Assembly (NCBI GenBank): GCA_030704615.1
Contig: CM060731.1
Coordinates: forward strand, 24,614,001-24,678,000
Direction: 5' to 3'
Length of the DNA: 64,000 nucleotides
Source of the DNA: Takakia lepidozioides
Taxonomy: Eukaryota > Plantae > Bryophyta
Below the pieces are notes generated by a model, which saw only the letters and a program-made list of their open reading frames with translations, did not search any database and had not been told where the DNA came from. Made by a program: the position numbers and the translations under genes. Positions 1 through 11,080 of the stretch are shown here, one piece after another (within the stretch, counting starts at the first letter, position 1; the number at the start of each line of letters is the position of its first letter).

Positions 1-256
1 TACAAAATCATTTCGAGATTTTTGAGCATATTCGAGGGTTCGAAGTAACTATGCCAACACACACGCTACGCAGGCTAGGCGTGTAGGAATTTTGTTTATT
101 GGGCCGGAAAACTTTCCAAGTCCAGGTTAGGCCAGGTGGTTTGGTCTGCGGCGATAGGAACGTGGACATGCATCATGTAAGGGGGGCTGTTCGAGACGTT
201 TGAGCAAAAATTTGAAATAAATAAGGTTACCGGTTACCTACCAGGAATGTGCATCT

Positions 257-3200
257 GTTGTTTGTTCAAAGGTAGGCTCCCCGCCCTGAGGTTAAATTTC
301 AGTCTAGTGCCAAGGATAGGTAGGCCCTTCAGATCATCCTTGAGGTCCTTGCCCATGTCACAGACTGGAAACAAGTTCAGGGAAGTTTTATGCCTAACTT
401 TTATTTCATCGGACAGTCTTTAGGCATCAGACTGGCTTTGGACACAACCCTCTCCAGATCTGCTTCATCCAGTCGGGTCAATTCTTCTGGACTAATATTC
501 AGATACTTGAAACTCTCTTTCTACCCTTTTCTGCCAAGACTTAGCCTAGATGGTCATGCTTCCAACAAATAGCGTCGATTATCTTAGGGTATCTGGTATT
601 GGGCATGCGATTCAACTGACCCCACCATCTGACCTTGAATTCATCACATTGAGAGCTTGAGGGAGGTATGCCAAACTCGCCCCGAACGGCCCACATTAGC
701 TGTTCTAAAACTAGCCGACATGCTACCCACATCCCGTCGTGCCATACTGTGTCATAAGCCTTTTTGACATCCAGGAAGAAGACAAAAGTGGACTTTCCTT
801 CTTTTCTCCTTCCCTGGATGCTCTGGCTAGAGTGAACATATGGTCAGTGCAGCCCTATGTCTCTGAAAGCCAGCCTCGCCTTCATGAAAACCACCTTTAG
901 ACTCCAGATCAACCTCAAGATGGGAGCTTGTTATCCTACAAAATAGCTTGCCAACCGCATTATGAAGTGTGATACCCCAATAGTTCCCAGGCTCTTCTTG
1001 GTCTCTTTTCTTATACAGGTTGACAATGACTCCCTGCCTCCAACGAAAGGGATCAGTCTGCCAAATAAGGGTAAGGAGAAGGGCAAGGGCCTGTCACCAC
1101 CATACTAAATCAGCTCATTGACAATGCCATCAAGGTCCCCTGCTTTATAGCTGTTTAGATGCTTTACAGCTTCCACAACCTCAGAAGAACTACTGGGTGC
1201 GTTGTAACCCTTTGAGATATACTCAAGTTCATCAGGCTGTCTTGGAATATAGGAACAGCTTTTTCTACCGTGTCCTCCCATTCTTTAGAAGGCCCTCACT
1301 ATTATAGTGATTCACGGCCAAGAAGGCTGTAGTGTGTTCAAAGGTTTTGACAACGTCAACCGTTGATATCACCACTGCACCCTTGTTATTCCTTAAAGCC
1401 TATACTCGCTGGCCATTTTTCGGCTTGTACAAACGCTGTAAGGCCAACCAGAATCTCTTATCAGTACCACCATGGTGGTTCAAGTTAATGTCTCGCTACA
1501 ACTTTTCCCAATGAACCTTCTTCTGAGCCCTTACAAGTTGCTTAACATCTTTGTGCAATTGGTAGTATCGACACCATCACTCTTTGTTGTTTTTGATACT
1601 ACAGCAGTCCATCTCATTGGTCCACCAATTTAATGCTCTACCACAGACAATTAGATTCCTCTCAAAGATCTTTTCAGCAGCAGAGGTGATGAAACTCTCC
1701 CAAGAATCCACATCTCGTTCGACTTTGCTTCTTGCATCACTTAAGCAGGAAGAGAGGTCTTGGAGTGATTGGATGAAGTGTGGGAGAGCCTCATTTAAGG
1801 TCTGGACATTCTGTCTGGACCTCTTCCTTCTGGAATTTTTCTATGCGCCACTTTCGAATCGTACGTCACTGGTGTTAAGAATATACCTTTTGATCTCAGT
1901 CCAGACACGACAGTGGTCAGAAGAACCAATATCGGTTCCATCAACCGCCACTTTGGCCCACTTGGGGGAACAACTCTTTACCCACTACGAGAATCCACAA
2001 TGGACCGTTCCCCAGTTTGAGCTTTTTCACGAGCCCACTGCAAAGGGTCTTATATGGACCTATTGTTTAAGGTCAGAAGCTGAAGTTCTACTACCAAATT
2101 GATAAGTCTTCTGCAATTGGAATTCTGCTCATCCTCACCAGGAAGCCCTATGACATACTCTTGTTGTAGACCCTTGCCCACCTGGGCATTAAAGTCACCT
2201 ACCAAGATCACATGGCCTTTGGTGAGGAACCTAGCACAGTCCAGCTTGAAGACAAGGGTTCCCTCGGTAGGCATGTAGACACAACCCACAAAGAGGTCCT
2301 CAGCCCTCATGCCACCCTTCAATTTCAGTCTGAGCCAGATACTATGTTCATACCAAAGTTCCTTGCTGATGATTTCACAATTAACACACAAGAATTCCCG
2401 GACAAAGGATCCCACACCTTTCTGACCACACTTTGCAGAGGCCATCTTGAGGGGACACATCTTACCGAACCATTTATAGCAAATGACATCTCCAACTAGC
2501 TTATCTGAAGTTTCCCATGTCTCCTGTCCAGCGCAAATGTGAATGCCATTTGCTTGAAGAACTTGTCCCACTTCAAATTGTTTCCTTTGGTTAGTTAGCC
2601 CACAGAAGATCAAGGTGCCCCCGCGGACCAGATTTATGCATACGAGTTGTCTGACGTCTAGGTGGCTTTTGAATGTTCCTAGACATCTTGCATTTCTGCA
2701 TTGGTAGGTATGTTTCATTGCGTGTAGGCTTTGATCGTCTCGTGTAGACTTTGAGGATTGGCATGCTCATCATTCACACATTGATCAATCCCTGCACACG
2801 TAGTCATGTCTTCTGGGTCAACCTCTTCCAAGGCTTCAAACGGATTGGAAACTTTCAGTTTTAAGTCCACATCCTTGACTGTCTTCCCCAAGCGCCTCAT
2901 TGAGTCGCCAATGTCTAAGATCGCTCTCCAACCAGTCAAGGGTCAAACCTCTCTGAGAGTAATTTGAAGTGACTCTTTACTTCTAGCATTCTTAGACATT
3001 GTCACCATTAATGCACCTCTGATACCAAGTCTCGACATGGTGCCATCAGCCACATGATCCAAGCCTAAATTTGAGCAAGTACTTTTAAAGGACACGTTGT
3101 CCATCCTGGGATTCACCCCAAAAACTACACATGAAGCTCTAGATTCAGCGTAAGTGACCAGATTCCAGGAATCACCCTGGGGAGTACAGACAGTATTCAG

Positions 3201-3597
3201 AGAATTATGAGTGAATTTTTATTTTTTGCAGCCTAGATGTTTTAACACAAGGGAAAACCCTAGCCCAGGTGCCGAGCATGCTAGACAGAGCATGCAACTC
3301 CCCACTTTGAGCGGAGGGGCTGCCCCCAAGCTGTAGGGATCCGCTTCTTGCCATCCAGACATCACTCCAACGGAGCTGCAGGGAATGGCCCGTGTGGACA
3401 TAATTTAAAGAGGGAGATGCCCCGTTCTCTCCAACTAAATCCAATGTACTACATTACCTGAAGCAGAGTGCTTCAGGTCAAAACAAACATAGGCACGAGG
3501 TCACAAGGCCGGCATTTAGTCACAGAGACATTTAAGTCTGCCCATATCCCATATCAAGTCCACCCAATGGCAATACGCTTCCTAGTGGGCAGGGAGA
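257..3597 (-). mobile_element. LINE (non-LTR retrotransposon, RTE/RTEX-like), copy 1; degenerate, 3'-truncated, 5' end present
   Basis: Broken minus-strand ORFs give an AP-endonuclease (AGQETW, GCVYMP, LVGDFNA), RT fragments (NYWGITL, LDVKKAYDTVW) and the C-terminal LKFKLRAGSLPLN. Colinear with the copies at 3743-7886 and 36024-38963. Confidence 0.9.
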
Positions 3598-3627
3598 GGG
3601 GGCCGGGGTGGGGGGGGGGAGAGAGAA

Positions 3628-3693
3628 TGTACTCATAAGACGTTGTTTGCCGTAGCCTTGTGGCCATACACCCCGTGCCCAACTTGGGCGGAA
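3628..3693 (-). mobile_element. Short 3'-terminal fragment of the same LINE
   Basis: tgtactcataagacgttgtttgccgtagccttgtggcc matches the family 3' end, and both flanks are GA-rich. Confidence 0.85.
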
Positions 3694-6302
3694 AAAAGAG
3701 AAAAGAGCAAAGAGAGGAAAGGAAGAGAGAGAGAGAGAGAGAAAGTACTCATAAGACGTTGTTTGCCGTAGCCTTGTGGCGAATTGACCCCGCGCCCAGT
3801 TTGAGCGGAACACAAAAGGACAGAACCTACCTTTGACAGGGGCTGATGCCGGTAGTAAGACTTACCTTTGAATAAACAATTGATCCGGGTTTTCCAGATA
3901 TCCTCTGGAAATCCCTTTACACAAGCGTCAACCTGCTGTGTGTGGTTTGCCCAATAACTAGGCCCCAAAAGGGCCTGGGCTTTTGGCTCAGCCTCAAGAC
4001 TTTCAAAGTTGGTGAACAGAGGTACAGGCACAATTCCCTTGATAGATTTCAAGAGAGCGTCTCTCTGGTGAGAGAACTCCGGACAATGAATCAGAAAATG
4101 AATATTGTCTTCAGGTTGCCCACACAACGGGCAATTCCTTTCCTCTCTGCTTCTGTTTGCTATTCAAAAATAGGCTTCCCGCCCTGAGTTTAAATTTCAG
4201 TCTGGTGCCGAGAGTGGGTAGACCCTTGAGGTCATCCACGATGTCCTCCTGCATGTCACAGACTAGAAACAAGTTAATCAGCTGCAACATGTGTCCAACA
4301 TCAGATATCCTAAGTTAATCGACTCGGAAACAGGGTCACCCTGTCAAACAGGCAAATCCTGGCAGAAGAGAGTAGAAGAGATTCTCTGAATCTCAATCCA
4401 CAAGTCTTGACCTCACCCCGAACAGCCACATTGGCTGTTTTGGAGCATGCTGACATTCACTCCTTAAGCACCCCCACTTGAATGGATTCTAGATAGCCTG
4501 GTTGGAGTTATCAACCCAAATTGCAGATGCGTTCTCCAATGCAGGTCTAATAACGCGACAAAGCATGGTTTTCTTGACCTCAGAGTTGATCCCTCTGCAG
4601 TGGAAAAATTTAGTGAGACCCAGCGCTTTGCGCTTGCAGTTTGAACAACTTTCTGAATATGTGCATCCCGATTACAGTTGGAAGAAAACTCAACGCCGAG
4701 GTATGTGTAGGAAGGGAGGACCGAAATCTCTTGGCTTGCCCACTGCCACTTGAGATGACCTCCTCCCTCTCCTCGGGCGTTGAATGCCACCACTGCACAT
4801 TTACTGACATTGGCCTCTAGCCCCCAAAGGTTAAAGTATCTCATCGCGCAATCAATCAACTCCTGGAGATTGGAAGGAGTCTCCCCCAAGTTTCCCTTCT
4901 TTTTTCCTTCCCTGGATAATCTGGCTTAGAGTGAAGATATGATCCACACAGCCCCTGTTTCGCTGAAAGCCAGCTTGGCCTTCATGGAAACAACCTCTAG
5001 ACTCCAGATCAACCTTGAGACTAGACTTATAACTCTGCAAAATATCTTGAGGAGTGTGATGCCACGGCAGTTCCCCGGTTCTTCTCTGTCACCCTTCTTG
5101 TATAAATTGACAATGACCCCCTGTCGCCAGCGAAAGGGGATCATTACAGTCCTCCAGATAAGGTTAAAGAGAAGTACAAGGGCCTCTATCATGGGATCGC
5201 CACCGTGCTTGAAGCTCGTTGACTATGCCATCAGGTCCACCAGCTTTATATCCGTTTAAATGCTCAATTGCTTCCATAATCTCAGAAGAACTAATGGGAG
5301 CGTTGTAAGCCTTTGAAATATACTCCAATTCATCAGGGCTGTCTTGAATCATAAGAACAGTTTCCCAACTGTGTCCTTCCATTCTTCAGAGGACCCCTCA
5401 CTTTAGACCTAGAAATTCTGCCAAGGATACTGTAGTGGGTTTCAAAGGTTTTGACAATGTCAACTGTTGAAGTCACCACTGCACCCTTAGTAGTCCTCAG
5501 CGCTTGTACTTGCTGACAGTTTTTCGGCTTGTACAAACGTTGAAGGGCCAACCAGAATCTCTTGTCATTACCACCATGGTGGTTTGAGTTTATTTCACTG
5601 TATAGCTTGTCCCAGTATAATTTCTTCTGGACCTTACAAGCTGATTGATATCTTTGCGGATCTGATAGTACTGAGCCCACAATTCTTTGTTGATTTTCAA
5701 ATTGCAGCACTCTTTATAGAGGATTCGTCTCTCAGCTATCTTGAGTTTAATCTCATTGGTCAAACAATTAACAGCTCTACCGCCGACAATTAGTTTCCTC
5801 CCAATGATCTTGTCAGCCACAGAGGAGACGAAACTCTCCCAAGAATCCACTGCTCTGTCAATTTCATTTCTTGCATTGCCAGAGCGAGACTGAAGGTCTT
5901 GGAGGGATTGGACAAAATGAGGGAGAGCCTCTTCCAAGGCCTGGCCTTGACCTCTTCATTTTGGAATTTTTCTATGCGCCACTTCCGAATCGAACGTTTC
6001 ACAGATCTCTTGGTGTTGGGGAAACACCTTTTGATCTCAGTCCAAACCAGGAAGTGGTCAGAGGTACCAATATCTGTTCTGTCGATCAATACATTCGCAC
6101 ACTGGGGAAACAAATTCTTGTCCATGATGATATAATCCACAATGGATTGTTCCCCAGTTTGGGCTTTCTCACAAGTCCACTGCACTAGGTCTCCTTTTGA
6201 CCTATTATTCAAGGTCAAAAGCTGAAGGTCTTCCAGACAGTTTATTAACCGTCTTCCATTAGAATTCAGCTCGTCCTCGTCAAAAGGCCCAGTGGTGATG
6301 AA

Positions 6303-6448
6303 TGTTGGAAAAACCACTGGCGTGTGGTCGGGCTAGGGATTGAACCTAGGACCTCCCCCATTCTGGTGGGGTGCTCTACCACTGAGCTACCCGTCCCGTT
6401 CTGTTCTCAGAGTGTCGTGCAAGGGCTATAGCCTTGACACCTCCAACA
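6303..6448 (-). mobile_element. Solo-LTR-like (TRIM-type) insertion carrying a tRNA-like Pol III cassette
   Basis: Termini TGTTGGA..TCCAACA with a 5-bp TSD ATGAA (6298-6302, 6449-6453). The insert is absent from the homologous LINE position at about 18965-18995. Confidence 0.85.
6325..6396 (-). ncRNA. tRNA-like sequence (72 nt; probably not a functional tRNA)
   Basis: GGACGGG TA GCTC-AGTGGTA-GAGC A CCCCA-CCAGAAT-GGGGG AGGTC CTAGG-TTCAATC-CCTAG CCCGACC A. D and T arms and A/B boxes are intact. The acceptor and anticodon stems each have one mismatch, and position 33 is C. Confidence 0.8.
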
Positions 6449-7900
6449 ATGAAGACCTTTACCCACCCGGGCATTGAAGTCACCCAATAAGACCACCTGA
6501 CCTTTGGCGAGGAACTTAGCAAAGTCCAACTTTACGTCTTCGAAGGCTTTGTCTGCGTCAGCACTAAGGGTCCGCTCCGTGGGCATGTAAACACAACCCA
6601 CAAATAGGTCCTTCCCACTCATGCCGCCCTTCAATTTCAGTTTCAGCCAGATACTGTGCTCATACCGCAAACCCTTGTTGATAATTTCAAAATTGTCACA
6701 CAGGCACAGACAAAGAAGCCAACACCTTTTTGACTACGCTTGGCAGAGGCCGCCTTAAGTGCACACATCTTACCAAACCACTTATAACCATTGACATCTC
6801 CAACCAGTTCGTCCGAAGTTTCCCATGTCTCTTGCCCTGCACAGATATGAATACAAATTGCCTGAAGAACTTGTCCCACTTCAAATTGTTTCCTTTGGTT
6901 AGCCCCGAGAAGTTGAGAGTGCCCAGCCGCAAGCCAGCCCTTTGCATGTGGATTGTTTGACGTCTAGGTAGCCTATGATTGCTCCTGGATGGCCAACTGA
7001 TCTGCAAAGGGGGGTCCATTACCCCATGTGTAGATTTTTCTCGTCTTGTGTGAACTTCAAGGATTGGCAAACCATTCAGAGTACCATATCCTTCAGTCAC
7101 ACGACGCTCAGACTCAGGACACATAGGGCCAGTTAGTCTGTCTGGCTGCTTGGTATCAACCTCATCCAGGGCATCAAACCAGGTAGAAACTTGGTTGTCT
7201 TCCTAGAGCGCCTCATTGAATCACCAATATCTAAGACCACTCTCCAGCCAGTCAAGGGACGAACTTCTTTGAAATTGATTTGATGCTAGACTCTATTTCT
7301 AGCATTTTTGGACATAGAAACCTTCAAAGTACCTCTGTTATCAAGTCTCGAGATGGTGCCCTTAGCCACATAATCCAAGCCTAAGCTGGAGAAGGTAGTT
7401 TTAGAGGACACATCGTCCATCCTGGGATTCACCCAAAAAACTACACAGGATGGCATAAGTAATCATTTCCCAGGAATCACCCTGGGGAGTGTTGTTATCA
7501 TCATGGCATATTAAATTGATTGAATTTGCAGGCTATAAGTCTAAGCACACGGACCAACCCAAGCCCAAGTGCCGAGCATGCTAGACAGAGCATGCAACTG
7601 CCCATTTTGGGGGGAGGGGCTGCCCCCAAGCTGCAGGGGTCCGCTTGTTACCATTCAGAGATCACTCTCCAAAGGAGCTGCAGGGAATTGCCCGCGTAGA
7701 CATTCTAAAGAGGGAGAGGAAACTCTCCAACTAAATCCAATGCACTACCTTACCCGAAGCAGAGTGCATCAGGTCGAAACAAACAAAGACACGAGGTCAC
7801 AAGGCCGGCATTTAGTCACGGAGACATTTATCTACTCCCATATCAAGTCCACCTAATGGCAATAGGCTTCCTAGAGGGCAGGGAGACTCTGTCAGAGAGA

Positions 7901-8917
7901 TTGTACTCATAAGACGTTGTTTGCCGTAGCCTTGTGGCCATTGACCCCGCGCCCAGTTTGAGCGGGAACAAAAGGGACAGAACCTACCTCTGTCAGGGGC
8001 TGACGTTGGTAGTAAGACTTACCTTCATATATAGAATTAATCCGGGTTTTCCAGATATCCTCTAGAAATCCCTTCACACAAGCATCAATCTGCTGTGTGT
8101 GATTTGCCCAAAAACTAGGCCTCAGGAGGGCCTGGGCTTTTGGCTCAGCCTCGAGACTTTCAAAGTTGGTAAACAGGGGTACAGGCACAATTCCCTTGAT
8201 AGATTTGAAGAAAGCGTCTCTTTGGTGAGAGAACCCCGGACAGTGTATCAGAAAATGAATACTGTCTTCAGATTGCCCACACAACGGGCAATTGCACTCT
8301 CCCTTTCCTCTCTGCTTCTGTTTGCTGTTCAAAGGTAGGCTTCCTGCCCTGAGTTTAAATTTCAGTCTAGTGCCGAGAGTGGGTAGACCCTTGAGGTCAT
8401 CCAAGATGTCCTCCCCCATGTCACAGACTGGAAACAAGTTCAGGGAAGTTTTCTGCCTAACTTCATTTTCATCAGACAATTTCCTGGCAACGGACTACAG
8501 CCTCTAAGTCAGATTTATCCAGCAGGGTCAAGACTTGCGGATTGAGATTCAGATCCTTGAGAATCTCTTCTACTCTCTTCTGCCAGGACTTAGCCTGTTT
8601 GACAGGGCGGTCCTGTTTCCAAGATATAGAGTCGATTAACTTAGGATATCTGGTGTTGGGCATATGTTGCAGCTGACCCCACCATCTGACCTTGAATTCA
8701 TCTCGTCGGGAGCTTAAGGACAGAATGCCAAACTCACCCCGAACAGCCACATTGGCTGTTTTGGAGCATGCTGACATACACTCCTTAAGCACCCCCACTT
8801 GAATGGATTCTAGAGACTTAGCCTGGTTGGAGTTATCAACCCATATAGCAGATCCGTACTCCAAGGCAGGTCTAATAACGCGACAAAGCATGGTTTTCTT
8901 AACCTCAGAGGTGACCC
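7901..8917 (-). mobile_element. LINE copy 3, 5'-truncated, with 14-bp TSD
   Basis: Holds the 3' ~1 kb (ALEYGSAIW, AVRGEFG, CNCPLCGQSEDSIHFLIHC, ...KATANNVL*). TSD CTCTGTCAGAGAGA at 7887-7900 and 8918-8931. Confidence 0.92.
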
Positions 8918-8987
8918 CTCTGTCAGAGAGAGAGAGGGAGAGAGAGGTCCTAAAACCAGTTCACAAAGCATCCCTTTAACTTTAGAA

Positions 8988-9018
8988 TGTACTCATAAGA
9001 CGTTGTTTGCCGTAGCTT
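8988..9018 (-). mobile_element. 31-bp LINE 3' micro-insertion with 15-bp TSD
   Basis: LINE terminal sequence flanked by CCTTTAACTTTAGAA at 8973-8987 and 9019-9033. Confidence 0.88.
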
Positions 9019-9130
9019 CCTTTAACTTTAGAAAGTACACGACCAAAGACAGGACATCTGGTGGGGGTCACAGCCAACTGAGTATCCGAGAATGAAATGA
9101 GGCTACTCTATATATGGTGGATGAATGTAC

Positions 9131-11080
9131 TTTTGGATTTCAGGACCAATCTTGTAAAAAAGCAACAGCTCCCCACTTGGCATTCTGAACAGGACGGGGT
9201 TCCACAAGGGCACTTCAGGCTCATCATCCACCAGCTCTGGAGGTTTCCAGGTTGCCCCCTATCCACACATTCCACAAACATGTCAGTTCCCTTTATCAGT
9301 CTCCCGAGACAAGCAAATGTGTGTAGTCAATAACGATGTCAACTTCAACCTTGTCATGGTATGACTGAAAGCTGTGTTTATCTTCCACAACTGAGAAACA
9401 GGACTTTCTGCCTAAGCGCCCAGAATTATGAGTTCCAAAATCGCATTGACTTAAATAATAAGCCAACAAATTGATTTGAATTTCCATTTGAAAGATTAAA
9501 TGTCAGACAGAAACACTTCTGTCCATTTCATGGAGTAATAATAAGTCAGATCTGCCTCCAATAATATCCATCAAATGGATGTGAAGTCACTGAGACGATT
9601 TCAATCTTCTGCCTCAAAATTTTCTCAAAGAGCATGTGATACATCATAGCAAGGAGACTCACACGTACCTCCAGTCGAGAGATCCAGATGCCAACATCAC
9701 CATAGCCCTCATAAGTGCCACCGAAATATGCCACTACAAACAAATCTGGTCCAACCTGCAACCCACTTAACTCTTCACAACGGTCATGACAATGACTAGT
9801 AACTCTCAGCTTTTCACCAGCTCCGATTTTCACAAAGTTTGATTAACTTCCAGCAAAGTCACAGAGCAGAGTCTACTGCTCAGACACGCCCATCAACGGG
9901 CCAAAAGCCTGAAGGAACATTTTTCAAGGATTGAACTCAGGATCACCCTGGTTATGCACAGGCAAGGCACAACCCCCAAACCACTGGGATGAACAAGAGA
10001 CAAAAACAAGGGAAAAGAGAAAGACAAGGGAGAGGGGTAAAGAGGTTGTACATGGACCAACCAATGAGAAACTGGATTTACAGAAAGAATCTACAACCAA
10101 ACACTGTCCCTTTTCCAACTAAAGACTAAAGCTATAAAACCTTCTCCATCCAAAGAACACTCTATCACTCTTCACTGACTCAAAAAGTGGTAGGGCATGG
10201 ACAAGTGAAGTACCTCAACAATAGAGGAGGCATGACAACTGGGAAATGGTGCCCCTCCCAGGCTGAACAAATACTCTTCTTTCACCAATGCATCGTTTGT
10301 TGGATGGATCTTCAAGGGGTACTGTATTACAGCTTCATTGTTGGTCTCAGTGACTCTTTGGTCATCACTGGCAAAGATTTCGTCACCACTGCAGGGAACA
10401 ATATTTTGCAATGGATTATATCCGGTCTAGAAACGAGGTTGCAGCATTCAGCTTCAACTCTAGTTGATCACACAAGTGCTCATTGGAATTGGTCATATCT
10501 CAATGCCATATGACGCAGGCTTGTGGGGGTGTAAGATTCTGAGACTGAACCTCAACTTCAGGGGCATCAAGTCGAGCCAATTGGTCTGACTGGCGCAGCT
10601 ATCTCTACCTTCCAATGAAGTTGCTTTTATGGTTCAAACAAAAGGTACCAATGCTGTGGTGGGCCTCAGGGAAATCCCAACTGCTGCAAGCATATCAACT
10701 ATGGGGATGATAGTGAATTAAATCTCTACAGTAGTAAAATATCAGAGCACTGTAACCTGTTTTACTACATCCACCAGAAAAAAGCTTATGTTCTGATCCT
10801 CACTCAGCCACCTGCATATCTGCTGCAGATCCCTGAATCCTAAGGTACAAATCCTTCTCTGGCACCTCCTGTGGATATTTTATTGTATCATATTTGAGCG
10901 CCACGAGTACTTCCCCTACTGTCTTTGAGGGGACAGCATTACGAGTCGCAGAAGAAATGGAGGACTGGAAAGTGATCATGCACACCAGACACACAGTGAC
11001 CAGTGCAAGTGCCCACTTCCCCAGAGTATTTGGAAAATACAGTTGGAATTGTTTTAAAGTGTATAGAGCCTCCTCACTAC
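9131..11080 (-). CDS. BNR/Asp-box repeat (sialidase-like) protein, partial. Visible exons: 11080-10804, 10388-10214, 9755-9669, 9258-9131. Start exon unresolved; downstream exons not seen in the window.
   Basis: Phase-compatible GT-AG exons encode a hydrophobic N-terminal segment, then [13 protein letters not shown] | [22 protein letters not shown] | [40 protein letters not shown], typical of plant BNR_2 proteins. Confidence 0.85.

Larger units (their letters stand above)
3743..7886 (-). mobile_element. LINE copy 2, near full length (5' UTR, EN, RT with internal deletions, C-terminal CCHC-like motif), interrupted by a solo-LTR-like insert
   Basis: ORF pieces include LLGDFNARVG, SIVDYI, SDHFLV, KAGGPDGI, YKKGDREEPGNCRGITLL, QAGFQRNRGCVDHIF, YTYLGVEF and CGQPEDNIHFLIHC. 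The 3' end abuts (GA)n at about 3724-3742. Confidence 0.92.

Noticed and set aside
6325-6396. Functional tRNA gene or ordinary tRNA-SINE
   Set aside because: Stem mismatches and C33 argue against function. TG..CA ends, a 5-bp TSD and no tail argue against a SINE.
7780-7810. HDV-like ribozyme around GACCUCGUG in the LINE 5' UTR
   Set aside because: P1, P2 and P3 pairings could not be assigned consistently.
7901-7945. Hammerhead ribozyme at the LINE 3' end (CTTATGAG resembles CTGATGAG)
   Set aside because: The core is non-canonical, no matching GAAA and stems were found, and the motif is simply the last codon plus stop.
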